DNA of 64,000 nt from Macrostomum hystrix (GCA_950097015.1 CATNEN010000007.1:3162001-3226000); one strand, 5' to 3'. Numbered from the stretch's first letter, positions 12,325-24,862 are shown. Numbers and translations: made by a program. The notes: generated by a model from the sequence alone, not told the origin.

Positions 12325-14661
12325 TCAGGCGGAGGGCATCTCGTCCACCGGTTTGGCGTGCGGTGGCTGCTGCTGCTGAGCGGCTCCGGTGCCCACGGCC
12401 GGGTCGCGTTGCAGCCCCCAGCCAGCCGAGGGGTTGGCGGACTTGACGCTGGCTGCCAGTTTGGTGGCATTCCACAGCATGGCGCTGAGCTGCTGGTTGT
12501 GTGCGCCGCCCCAGCTCTGGTGTCCGGCGCTAGCGGCTGCGGCGGCTGCTGACGAAGCCTTTGACGACATCAGCATCGGCGGCACGATCGGCATCGCCGG
12601 CTGCGCGATCGGCGGCTGCGGCGGGCAGGCGGAGCTCGTCAATTGAGGCGCGGCGGCTACGGTCGGACGGCGAAAGGCAGCGCCGGCGGCGGAGGCGGCT
12701 TCAGCTGCTTCCGCGGCGTCGAATCCGGAAAAGTCGGCCGGATTGGCCTGGCTGCTGAAGTGCTGGTTCAGCAGCCGGGTGCCCTGCAGGGCATTGTTCT
12801 ACGGCGGAAGGAGGGAGGGCGTTACAGCTACTCAACTGAGAAGGCGGTCGGTGTACACAGCAAGACAGACAGAGTAACTGCTTGAAAAATATATGCCTTA
12901 AGCTTTCCACACCGCGGCCAGAATTCAGACAGACAGAGCACAACACTGGAGTGAGTAAGTGAGTTGAGCAAGTGGTGAACTTACTTCTCACGGACTTCAG
13001 CACACACTAATGAGTAACATGCTATTTAAATAAGAAACTAAATCGCAACTAGCATAATAAAGATACCAATCAAAGTAGAGCTATCCGTTCAGATATGCGG
13101 CTTTTAACAAAACAGAAAACAAATGCAACTTGCCGTGAGCATGCTCACAGCTGGCACTTGAGCACAGCTTGAGCAAGGCACATACCATGGCTCTGTACCA
13201 GCGGAATGTCTGCAATTGGTAATCAAAAGAGTTGAAAAGCATACAAGAAATGAATACATACATCTCTCAACAGAAATAAAGGCAAATGTAAGCAAAAACT
13301 GAAATCCGATAATTCATTTTACAATGTCAGTTTCGAGGTGTAAAATTGGCTTTGAAAACGAAAATTGTAGAAATCAGCTAAAGTTTAGAACGCGAGATAG
13401 ATTTCTATTGGGAAACGGCTATGACCCAATGTGAGGAATAAAATCACTGTTCCGCAGAGAACCTGTGAGTCAGGGCGGTCGCTACCGGAACTTCACTTAC
13501 TGGAAGCTGCAGGTACGGATTCGAAGGCCTGTAGAAGAGCTGCTGAAAGCGAGTATTTGTTGGATCAGGATGTGGCTAAATCTGATGTGAGCAGAAATGG
13601 TGAGAAGAGCTCATGATATCATAAATTCATTAGACGCTACTGTGAGTAAGCAGGTTGGTTGATCTGAGTGATCTGAGCACACGTCAATCCTACTCGGGCA
13701 GGTGAGTAAATTCGTGAGCGGCATACCTGCGGCAGCAGCTTGCTGAGCGGGTGAGTCTTGTTGGAAGAGTTGCCAGATAGCTGACCATTTCGCATCATCT
13801 GGGCCTGCATCTGCAGGTTGGAGAGTAGCATGGCCTGGAGCTGCTGCAGCTGCTGGGCCTGCAGTGGCATCGGCAGACGGCGCTGAGCTGCCGCGGCTGC
13901 TGCGGGAGACACGCCAGATGAGAACATTGGTGAAGCAGCAGGCAGAGACGTAGGCGGCTGCGGCTGCGGCTGTGGCTGCTGCGGCTGCGGCTGTGGCTGC
14001 TGCGGCTGCGGCTGTGGCTGCTGCGGCTGCGGCTGTAGACGGGGTGGCAGTGGATTTTGAGCCACAAATGGGGCAGCAGTGGCCTGCAGTGGTCTGTGCT
14101 GAGGCTTCTGAGGTGGCGGCTGCGTCTGCTGCTGCTGCTGGTGCTGCTGCTGGTGCTGCTGCTGCTGGTGCTGCTGCTGGTGCTGCTGCTGCTGGTGCTG
14201 CTGCTGCTGGTGCTGCTGCTGCTGCTGCTGCTGAGACTGGCGGGCGGAGGCTGGAACCAGAGGCGGCACCGAGGACTGCCGACCGCCTGCAGGCGCGGCA
14301 GCGGCGTCATGCATTTGCACCTGCAAGTCGCCAATCAGCTTGTAGATGGCCCGGCTATCCTTGCTGCCGCGCGAGCCCCGGTCTGAGCCCGCTGCGCCCA
14401 GGCTGCTCTCGATCTCCTCGAGGGTCCGCGCTTGTCCGTTTTGCGGCAGAACTGGCATTTTCGAGCTGCCTGAGGAAGCCGCGCTGCTGGCTCGAGGGGC
14501 GGCTGCAGCGGAGCCGAACAGCAGCGACTTTAGGTTCGCCTCCACCTCCTGAGCGTACATCGGCCGCGGTGGCGCCTGCGAGGCGGGTGGCTGCGGTGGA
14601 CGCAGGAGGTGCATCAGCGATGGTCCAACATTTGAGGCTGCGGCCTCCTGCTGCTGCTGTT

Positions 14662-14702
<41 letters not shown>

Positions 14703-14883
14703 GAGTTTGCATCAGGCCCTTGTCTGTCGCGCATGTCCTGGAAGATGCGCTCGAGCTGCTGCTGGGCGCCGCTTCTGTTTTCGGTCTCGGCCTCCTGCGT
14801 CTTCGGCTGCGGCTCATCCAACGCCAACCACTTGGCGAAGCGCGACGAAGCTGAGCTGCCGCCCTGTCCGAGTCCACTGACAG

Positions 14884-14929
<46 letters not shown>

Positions 14930-17039
14930 ACTGGTTGGAGCGGTCTGGGTCTCCTGTTGCGAGCTGCCGTTGTCGCCCTCTGCGATCTCTACATCCTCCG
15001 GGAGGCCCGTCAGCTCCAGCTTGTCCATCTTGTCCAGCGGTCCCTCGTCGAACCAGGCGGGCAGCTCCTCCTTGTCTCCAGCCCGGTGCCGCTGGGCCTG
15101 GAAGCCGCGGCCGGCCTGCTGGTCCCGCAGACCCTGGCTTCGCTCCCACTGGCCGCTGGGGCCGCCGGAGGGCCCTCCGCGCGCAGCTGGGGGCGGCCGC
15201 TCCATGCGCCGGCCGAAGCCTCCGCCACCGCCTGTGCCGCCGAATCGCGGAGGCGGCAGCAGCTCCTTCTTGTTGTTCTCCTTCTCCGACTCCGGCCTCG
15301 TCGGATGCTCTGCGACCTCCGCTGACGGCCAGCCGCGCTGCCTCGACATGGACGAAGTGGCGGGGGACGCGGCCTCTTCCTTCGTGCGCTCTATAAGTTT
15401 TGGAATGGCTTTGATGTAGCTTTAACGCTTCAGTAAGCTATTTGAGATTTCTGACAACTCATGAAAGCTGTGCAAAGTGCATCAGAGCTTATCTGTACTT
15501 TCTAAGCACTGAATTTGAGGAGGTGCGAAGGCTTTCCGCGTCGCACTCTATTATTTGGGTTTGTGAGAGTAAAATATTGTGTGGTCGTAGCTTAGTGGTT
15601 AGAGCGTCGGACACACGACCTAAAGGTTAGATGTTCGAATCTCGATTCAATTCAATTTGTGTTTTAGCTTAGACAGCTTAAATCAGCAATGCTTCTATTC
15701 ACCCAGCCGAATCGCCCAATTTCAACCAAGCCCATGGACTGAAGAGCTGTACGCAGCCTTCAGATGCGCCGCGAAATGGCTGCAGCTGTGCTGTCGGCTG
15801 CACATTAGAGCAGCTTTATTCAGCTATTAATATGTAGTAAGAAAACAAAGAAATTTATATGAAATTAAGTAAAGTTGAATACAAAATGAATGGCTTGTTT
15901 TAAGTGTTTCTGGAAATTTATCAAGTAATCGAATTTTAAGTAGCAAAAATCATTCACTGGTACATTGTTGACAGTAAATATCGTAGACATGGTGCGCATG
16001 CAATTAATTAAGCTACTTGTATTGTATGTAAGCAAGTTGATCATTGTGGTGGTCAAGGTAATGGTTTAATAAAACGATTTCAGTTGGTGGTTTAGGGTCA
16101 GGCTGTCTGCAATAGTCTCTATTTACCTTTCGTTTATGTGCTGTTTTGTGATATCGATCGCCTAGGCACCCACCTCCCCTCCCTTGTCTCTGACTGGGTC
16201 AAGCAAGTTGCCTTTGTACATAGTAAGGTGTAAAAAACCACTGCACAACTTATTGATTCCCCAGATAAAAAATACCTTAAGCCAAACTGTGAACAAGCTG
16301 ACTTGAACTTGTGTGCGAGTGTACAAGTGACAGCCAGCTGATAATTTTGAGCAGTGAGCAGTGGCCGCCGATGCAAGTTAAAAAAACACCAATGGGTTAA
16401 ATATTTTTCAATCTGGTTTCTCTTTGTGATATGAAAAACGTGACGCATTTTTAAAAAGCCTTTTTTCCACAAAAAATTAAGCTAACTCACTTCGCCTTCT
16501 AGATGACCTTCCAAAAGAACTGCTGTCCTCATTGCTCTGCCCACTACTGTAGGGCTGGATGGTGCTTCCTCGAACTGAAACACAACAAGATTAAAGCAAT
16601 AAAATACATTTCCTTCATTATTAATACTATATATTTCATTAGACTCACCGTTCCTGACTCTCTCAATCTTGGTCTTTCCCTCGAACACGCTGATCTTGCG
16701 CTCTCCTTCGAACAGCTTCACGGGGTCCCACAGACCGCCGTCGCCCACGTAGGCTTTGTCTAGAGCTCTGGGCCAGGCGGATGACAGGCGCGAATCGCGC
16801 ATCTGCAGTAGCGCGTCGCGGTCGTAGCGAATCAGCTGGCGCTGATGTGGCTGCTTCTGGCCGACATCTTGAGACCGTCGCTTCGCTGCGGGTCGAGGAC
16901 CGCGCGGCTTCCTGGCTTGGCTGGCATTTTCCTCCGACTGGGAGCAGTTGTTGCTTCCAGAGGCTGCGCTTGACATCGATGGTTGGGTGCTGCTGCTGCT
17001 GCTTTGGGAGTCCTTCTGCTGATGACTGACGCTGCTCAT
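12325..17039 (-). CDS. EIF4ENIF1: eIF4E-transporter (4E-T/Cup-like), copy B; exons 17039-16649, 16574-16491, 15390-13727, 12798-12325 (~870 aa)
   Basis: Reverse-complement paralogue of copy A with the same splice phases and motifs. Exon 3 is 69 nt longer because Q/H and PQPQ repeats differ in length. Confidence 0.88.
15581..15652 (+). pseudogene. tRNA-derived sequence (tRNA pseudogene or SINE head) in intron 2 of 4E-T copy B
   Basis: A-box-like TAGCTTAGTGGTTAGAGC and B-box GTTCGAATC at tRNA spacing; acceptor, anticodon and T stems pair poorly. Confidence 0.6.
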
Positions 17040-19033
17040 TCTCCAGTAAAGGAGTTGAAGATAAGGTTCAGAAAGTGAAGAAAGTATGGATGTCTACGGT
17101 CTCATGGTACGAGGTCCATGCTAATGAATACTTATGAATTAGTGCTTAAGTTTAAAGTGAACAAAAGTTTACTTGCTTGCAAATCATATTTGTAGTACAA
17201 TACACGCTGTTTTGCGTATCATAACATGAAAACAAAGTATGCGCTTTTCGGCGATTTCCAGAAACATTTTACAGAATCGAAAGCGAAATAATTATTCTAA
17301 AATTCTGATGACGAGTTTTAGCTGTTGCCTAAATTATAATTGCGAATTGGTGGCAATTGTATTAAATAATTGAGTTAAAAAGTCGTTCAACATCTTCAGC
17401 CACACCGATCACACATTAATGGTTTCACATCATTTTTAAGAATGCAAAACTGATTAAAGCAAAGCTGAGAAGCTAGAAAGTGCTCACCTCTTTGGCTTCA
17501 CGAGTTCTCTCGTCCTTTTCTTGAAAGTCGATTGATGCCTCGAATTGAATGAATTTAAGCGAATACTTTTAAAACGGCACTCAATATTGTACAGTTTACA
17601 TAAATGCCACTATCTATTATTTCTAATATGCAAGGGGATATTTATATATGGTTCGACTAAACAAATTTGAGAATGCCACGTCTATAGAAAAACTTTTATG
17701 AATCTTTTGTTAAGATTCTGGTGAATAATAAAGCCGGGTAAATACTTTATCTAGGGTCTTCACGAATTCCATATGTTGATGTCTTCTAACATTCTGGTCG
17801 CTGACGCCAGTTTTTTTGCTGAATATTGCCGGTTGTTTCCACTCGAAAAAGTAAAGTAGAGTATAGTAATGCGTGACTATGTTTATTACTTCTGATAAAA
17901 TTTTAGATTTGACCACAATCAATGATGTCTACACTCCATTTGTTGTTTTAAGATTGCAGCTTAGCCCAGATAGATAGCTATAATGTCTTTATCCTGAGTC
18001 CTGACCTTGACCTGTAGCTATAGCTATAATGTCTGTAGCTATAAATATAATACCTGTAGCTATAATATCCTTATCCTGAGTCCTGACCTTGACCTGTTAG
18101 CTTAGTGCCACATAAATTTGTAGGCAGGCCTAAACGTCCACTAAGTTTATTTTAGGAATTGTTGCTAGCTGCTTTTGTCTTGTTGCTTTGCCTTTAGGAC
18201 TCCAACTGCCATGTTCACTTTTTGACAGACATGGATCTACGACTATGGCTAGGACCTGGCTAGCTAGCTGTCATACATGAATATTTAAGCCTAGCTACTA
18301 ATTAAATTACCTAAGTTATTTATGCCTACTTATTGCTAAGTCAATATTATAGCAACTGTAATTAACTAGCTAATTTAGTATAGTTTGAGTAGGCCTATGT
18401 ATTGTTAATTTTTACTTGGATAATAGTGTTTGGTTTTGCTAGCTATGTCTAAAAATATGTATTCTTTTATTGAAAACATTAGTCTGAATCAGAAGAGCTA
18501 TGTTCTACTTAGTTTATATTTGCTAGGCCTAATATTAATTAAGTTGAGCGAAATTGGCATCATAAATAGATAAACAAATTTCTCTCATTCCTATGAACTT
18601 ATAAATAATATAGGTAGGCCTAGAGCCTATATACAAAGTGTATGTTGCCCTAGCAAAAACTATTGTCGGCCTAGCCTATGTATAGCTATCCATTGCCTTC
18701 ATAGCTCTGTTGCTTGCTGAATGCGCCGCGCATTAGCTGCGGCTATGCTGTCGGCTGCACACCTGACCCAATTGGGGCAGGTATAATCAATTATTACTAG
18801 CTTTTTTTGCCCGTTGTTTTTGGGGCAGAAATTTAAAGCAAAGCAGTAAGCAATTCACGTCTCTGTATTAACTTTATAGTGAAGGTCACCATTTATTTAT
18901 TTACTGCATTAATGAAAAGTGAAGAGTTTGTTTAAGGGCGTTTTAAGTAAAAAATAAGTGAAAAGTTTGTCTAAACAGCCCCCTCTTGATTACTTCTTTA
19001 GAAACATGTCTCTTAGCCACTCCTCTATACAGT

Positions 19034-19306
19034 CAGTGGCAGATCCTGGAATTTTGTTTTGGGGCGGTCTGTCAGGGGAGCGCCATGAGAATCACAGAGG
19101 GGGTGCCAGTGGCCGAAAAAGGGCGCCAGGAGCCAAGAAAGGGCGCCAGCGGCTGAAAAACGGGAGCCAGTGGCTGAAAAAGGGGCGCCAGCGGCCGAAA
19201 AGGGGCGCCAGTGCTGCGACTGGCGCCCCTGGTGGGGGCATCTTATTCCCATGATTAAAATTTAGGGGGGTGACTGCCCCCCCGCCCCCCCCTAAATCTG
19301 CCTCTG
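19034..19306. mobile_element. 273-bp hAT-type MITE nested in the Helitron
   Basis: Imperfect TIRs CAGTGGCAGAT / ATCTGCCTCTG. Perfect 8-bp TSD TATACAGT at 19026-19033 and 19307-19314. Internal AAAAGGG(G)CGCC subrepeats. 8-bp TSDs with CAG-starting TIRs are typical of hAT. Confidence 0.82.
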
Positions 19307-19458
19307 TATACAGTATGCATGTACACGCGTATACATAAGGAAAATAGCCATGGCATAACAATAACAATGTCAAAGAAACAAAATTAAACTGTTTCAGAGT
19401 TCAGAGTTAGACAGGTCAAGGTCAATTCGTGACTACTTTTCTATTAATTGCTTGCGAG

Positions 19459-20457
19459 TCACCTCAAGGCCTGGGGATACACCACATTCTTCGTTCTTCC
19501 CCTTGGGTCGAAAATGAATAGGCCAACTGGAGTTCCAACACGGGAGCAGGCGACATAAAGCTGCCCATGCGAGAAGCAAGGAGTCTCCAGGTTGATGCCA
19601 GCCACCTTCAGCAACTGTCCCTGAGCCTTGTTAATAGTCATCGCAAAGCACACTCTCACAGGGAACTGCAGTCGCTTGAACTGAAATGGCAGGTCCATGG
19701 GGATAATTGGAATCCGGGGAACGAACACAGACTCTCCTCTGCCAGATCCAGTCATTATCGTGGCCTCAATCACGTGTGGGAAGAGCCGCCTGACTATCAG
19801 TCTGGTGCCATTACACAGCCTTGGCGCATTCAGGTTGCGGAGGAGCATAATTGGTGCCCCAACTTTCAGCTGCAAGTTGTGCGATGGAGTTCCAGGAGGA
19901 TCTAGAGAGTTCAGAAACTCAACAGGATACTCCACAGCGGTGTCATCAGTCAACGTTGTATCAATTGACTTGTAGGTGAAAACTGCACCTGGCAACTCCT
20001 GAAGAAGTTGGTAGTTAATTTCGTTGGCGGCATCATTTCTAGGACACAGAATTGCCCTCTCTGACAGCCAGTCAACGTCAGCATATCGAACCATCAGGTT
20101 CGGGTAAACTTTTGCCTTGAGCTCCTGCACTGACTGCACAATGGTTCCGATTGTAGCGATCAATGACTGCCCATCCTCGGTGCTAATCTCCAGCAGACCA
20201 TTGCTGATTCGCAATAGATTGGCAGAGAACTCATGAGCTGTTTCGTCTCCTTGAATTGTAGCTCTCATGTTTGTTCGTAGGTGCAACTTCACAACTGATG
20301 GCCACAGGTGAGATGATTTTATGCAAGCATTAATCTCATCAGCAGGAGTGCCACGCGGAATTACAGGCAGCGTTTGTCTAAAGTCTCCAGACAGCAGCAG
20401 AGTGACACCACCCATCAGTTGATCGCCAGCCTCTCTCTTTCTTCTATCCCAGGCTGG
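19459..20457 (-). pseudogene. C-terminal half of Helitron RepHel PIF1-like helicase (uninterrupted ORF, 5' truncated)
   Basis: Motifs GGVTLLLSGDFRQTLPVIP, AILCPRN, LKVGAPIMLLRNLNAPRLCNGTRL, RLQFPVRVCFAMTINKAQGQ and FSHGQLYVACSRV. Walker A/B motifs and the Rep domain are absent. Confidence 0.9.
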
Positions 20458-22446
20458 CTGGAGAGAAATATCGACCGGAGAGCCCTGCGCACTGGGACGC
20501 CACCGCACTCACCGCACTCAGTCTCAGTGCTGCTTGGGGGCCAGTAGACAGTCTAGGGGTTTGGGCTGTGTACATTCACGGCTTGAAATACAATGTACAG
20601 TCTGGGGCTTCGGCGCCCGGGGAAGGGAGGGGGTGGCTGTAATAAAATTTAGCCCGCAGAGTGCCGGAGGGGAGTTGGGGTGGCTGTCCTCGGAAAACAA
20701 AAAGTGACTCACTTTGAGATTATGCAGCTTTGCTCTGGATTGAGTAGAGATGTTCAAAATTGACAGCATTGTTGGAAAACATGTAAAGTGTAAGTGGATC
20801 AAATTCGGAGAAAATCTGACAAAGTGGGGCGACGATATGTCGAATTGAGTGATTTTTTGACGATTTTTGAGCAGTTTTTTGCACTTTTGAGCAGGAAGGA
20901 AATGATTTTTCAGGAATTTGAGTAGCCTATTGCACTCAGCGTAGGTGGTTTTAGGTATGTGCAAAGTTTGGTGCGATTTGGTTGAGCGGTTTCGGCGTCT
21001 ATAAAGACAAAAGGTTGCACACAGACAGACAGACAGACAGACAGACAGAGTTTTCACTTTTATATATATAGATTATTAATTATTATTATTAATGAAGGCA
21101 ATATGTTGCTCTACAATCTATAGTGCTTGATGTAGTCAATTTTTACTTACTCAAAAAATCTGCTTTTAGAATTGGCTTGATATAAGTTCTCAAATACCCA
21201 TTACCTGATTACCATAGCCATATTCTTTCTTAGAATAGAAATTTATATTTTTTCATACTTTCCTATACCCCTAGGTATATAATGAAATATATCAGAATAT
21301 CACTGAAATTTGCTTCATAATTCTGACCACTATTTTCCTGCTAATCATTACTACACCATTAGTAATAAAATAATTATATACCTCCCACTTAGCTAGCTAC
21401 CATGTTTATTTACATTTATTGATATATTTTTACATCACTAGATATATGAAAAGTTATTGGTATCCCTTTCTTAAAGCACTGTTTACTAAAAAATTCTGTG
21501 TGGACTCTAAGGCCCTTGATCAATGTATATTTGTAATTTTAGTACCCTATTTACATATGTTTATTCAGTAACTGTTTGTTGGGTTGAACCTGATCTATCA
21601 ATAGAAGCTGACTGAGCACCTACTTTGACAAAATCTCAAGCATGCTTTATATGTAAATGGTCGCCTCTATACCTTAAATATAAAAAATTCCATTAATGCA
21701 CATGTCTATGCACATCTAATGCACATTTCTACCCAACCATAGAAATAGCCCACAGAAAATTTCCCCTCTTACCATATTGGCTTAAAAGTGAATAGCCAGC
21801 AGTCATGATTTAATCATGAAAATTACTAATTGAATTAGCTAAGTTTTTACATAAAAATGCTTGTAAGTAGGTACTTTAGGTTGTAGAACAACAAAATTTA
21901 TTGGTTATTTCTGCTATTTCTTTATTAGTCTACTTTTCTATAGTGAGTTAATGCATTACTAACTTGAATAGTAAGTTATGTCATTTTTATGACAGCTCAT
22001 AATGACTTTTTTGTTATAATAATTAATTTCAGGACTTAAATGTTACCAAGTAACATTATACTCACCAATAGTATCATAGGAATATATGATTCTGTCTCAT
22101 CAACTAAAGACAATTATGCTTCCCAATTTCACTACTGATGTCACTAGTTTGCATTTTACTTATTGATTTTCTTTTAAACTTGACTTCTTGCATTGTACAG
22201 TTTAGTGACACTTCAACACTTAAGTGGCCCAATTTTAGTTCACTAATCCGTATAAATGCTTTGCATTTAGAAAGTATTGAGTTTAACAATTTCAGTCTAG
22301 CTGAAATTATTCGTTTAATTGAAGTTCTATTGGCTCAGGTAAAGCTGCGATAGTTTTGTCTATGGCTGCAACCCCCCATCGAGCACGCAACCATCACCTA
22401 ATGACTTATGCCTATGGGAATTTAAACTTCGCTTTTTTACTTGCAG

Positions 22447-24862
22447 TCGGATGCAATTGCTGTCCAGCGGCCTCAGTCAGCCGTTGCTGTGGACTCTATC
22501 GACAGTGTCGGAGACACCGCCATCAGTCAGCCTGAGTCGATTCGGTCAATATCAGCTTCCGAATTAGATGAAGCTGATAATGGCTTGACATCTGACAGCT
22601 GCTTGACGACATCCACATCGCTGGCTGAGCTGCAGCAGCAGCAATTCTCTAATCCTTTGTTTGACTCGGAGAGTGACAGCTGCGGCGAATTCGACGGCCC
22701 AGACGAAGAGGTTCAAGCCGCAGTCGAGGCTAGAGTTGCTGAGGGTGAGTCAGTTGGGCACAAATACGCGTGCATTCATTGGCATCAAAGCTTGATTCAT
22801 TTTTTTATAAAACATTTATCTGCTTTTAGAAGACAATCGCCAGCTTCCAAGCCTGTCCCCTGAGCAAGAGCAGCAGCAAGCGGAAACAGAGGCAGTCGCA
22901 GCCACACTTGGCCGCGGTCAGTCAACAAAGGTCGACACTGATGCAAATGAAAAGGCGGCCATTGCGTGGAATTCGCCTCCTGTTTCTTCCGCGGCAGCAG
23001 CAGCAGCAGCAGATTCGGCCTCTGAGGAGCTGTCGAAATTAAAGCGCAGCGGCTCGCCACTGTATCGTCATCCGAATCATCGAGAGATGCTGTCCGCGCT
23101 GGAGATCGAGTTAGCCAATAACGATGAACGCAACCTGTGGACTGACGCCTATAATAGATTAAACTGTGCGCCTAAGGTTACTTCCGATGTGTCAGCTATC
23201 GCTTCTGCCTCTTATGCAACTTCGGCTGAGACTTTGCCGCCGACGACCACGGCTGCGCGTCATCCAGACAATCGGCTGCTGAACCGATATCGCGATGTTT
23301 TACCCTATGACCATAGTCGGGTGAGCTGTGGGGCTGACACACTCAGCTGTAGGGGGGTCAGGCCAGGGCTGACTGCTGACACAATCGGGTGTCAGGCCAG
23401 GGCTGACTGCTGACACAACCGGGTGTCAGGCCAGGGCTGACTGCTGACAACCGGGTGTCAGGCCAGGGCTGGCTGCTGACAATTGGGTGTCAGGCCAGGG
23501 CTGGCTGCTGACAATTGGGTGTCAGGCCAGGGCTGGCTGCTGACAATTGGGTGTCAGGCCAGGGCTGGCTGCTGACAATTGGGTGTCAGGCCAGGGCTGA
23601 ATGATGTCTCAACCAAACCCGCCTCCCAGGTTCGGCTCTCACCAATCAACAAGTCGCACGCCAGCAGTCTGGGCCTTGGCAGCGACTACATCAATGCTAG
23701 CATTGTGCGAGCCGAGCACGCTGGCAGGGTGTATGTCATGGCTCAGGGACCCCTGCCGGCCACCAGCGGCCACTTTTGGCTGATGGTGTGGCAGCTTGGT
23801 AGCCAGGGAGTTGTCATGCTCAATCGTCTGTTTGAAAAAGGCGCCCTGAAGTGTCACCCTTATTTTACTGACGAGCGGACTCGCCAGATGGACTACCCGG
23901 AGGTTGGCCTCCGCGTTTCGTTAATCTCATCGGAGACGCAGGGCTACTACATTGTCCGCAAGTGTCAACTATCGTTGCTAGGCAACGCAGTCGAGTCAGG
24001 CCCTGAGTCCACTAGGAATGTGCTGCACTATCAGTATTTGAGTTGGCCTGACTTTGGCGTGCCGCAAACGCCTGGCGCATTTCTCAATTTTCTCATGGCT
24101 GTCCGCCGGTCCGGCATCCTGTCCAATCAGGACAGGCCAGCCGTGATTCACTGCTCTGCGGGCATCGGGCGCACCGGCACCTTTGCTGTCATCGATGTCT
24201 GCCTAGCCCTCGTAGCTAGCCGCGGCAGCCTCTACGGCGTCGATCTGACTGGCGAGATTCGTCGACTTCGTCGCGATCGCATGGGCCTAGTGCAGACGCC
24301 CGAACAGTTGCGCTTCTGTTACCAGGCCGTTGTCATGGGCGGCCGGGCGTTGCTGGCCTGCGAACGCGACCAAATCGATAATCTGACATTCAGCGTGAGC
24401 GAATCCGAGAGCCGGCGGCTCGGCATGTCCAATAACAGCTTCGTTGAGGCCGGAGACACGTCTTCTACTACTAGTAGTAGCGGCAGCGAAGACTCCTCTC
24501 CGGCCGCGTCGGACGCGGAGGATCAGGACGGCGATGGCGCTCAGGCTAGCAACGGCCGAAAGATTGCCCGCCTACTGCGCGGCAACCTGCGGGCTCAGCG
24601 GACCAACTGGCTGAGTTGTCAGCACCGGCTCAGCGGCGGGGTAGTCAGCGGCGGCGGTGGCATGCCGTTTCCACTCTACAACGAAGAGGACGAAGCTGCC
24701 GACGATCTCGCCGCCGCGCAGTCTGAGGCTCAAAGCGAAGCCGAGGCTAGCGCTGCTGTTCAGCTGTCGCCGATGCCAGCCGCTGTGAGGCTGGTGGATC
24801 TGGCGTGGATCTCCCTGCTGACTGCAGTCTGTGGCTATCTAGTGTACCGGATGGGAGCTTAG
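22447..24862 (+). CDS. PTPN2: Non-receptor tyrosine phosphatase of the PTP1B/TC-PTP (PTP61F) family; exons 22447-22744, 22830-23320, 23630-24862, probably preceded by 22201-22338; start codon uncertain
   Basis: NRYRDVLPYDHSRV, DYINAS, QGPLP..HFWLMVW, WPDFGVP, HCSAGIGRTGTF and RMGLVQTPEQLRFCY, plus a C-terminal hydrophobic tail anchor (LAWISLLTAVCGYLVY). Exons join in frame at GT-AG sites. It is a co-orthologue of PTPN1/PTPN2. Confidence 0.9.
23345..23600. repeat. ~32-bp minisatellite (GGGTGTCAGGCCAGGGCTGGCTGCTGACAATT) filling the PTP intron 23321-23629
   Basis: Tandem array visible between the donor and the acceptor. Confidence 0.93.

Larger units (their letters stand above)
613..17042. repeat. 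Large inverted duplication (arms ~1846-6470 vs ~10700-15392, plus 613-1173 vs 16482-17042)
   Basis: Mirror-image ORF pairs run through the whole ORF track (e.g. 4527..4844+ vs 12325..12642-, 5747..5998+ vs 11172..11423-). By eye the arms differ only by scattered SNPs and repeat-length changes. Confidence 0.97.
18797..21072 (-). mobile_element. Internally deleted Helitron with both termini (~2.28 kb)
   Basis: Minus-strand 5' end A|TCTATATATATAAAAG followed by (TCTG)n. 3' end is a GCCC..GGGC hairpin followed by CTAG|T at 18800-18797. Insertion is between A and T in an AT-rich site. Contains a PIF1-family RepHel helicase fragment. Confidence 0.9.

Noticed and set aside
15581-15652. Functional tRNA gene
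   Set aside because: Anticodon and T stems are largely unpaired and the U33 equivalent is absent; it is kept only as a tRNA-derived relic.
613-17042. Palindrome as a fold-back read chimera
   Set aside because: The arms carry substitutions, in-frame repeat-length differences, a non-homologous intron 2, different 5' flanks and a 1.7-kb unique spacer. A haplotype mis-join still needs long-read exclusion.
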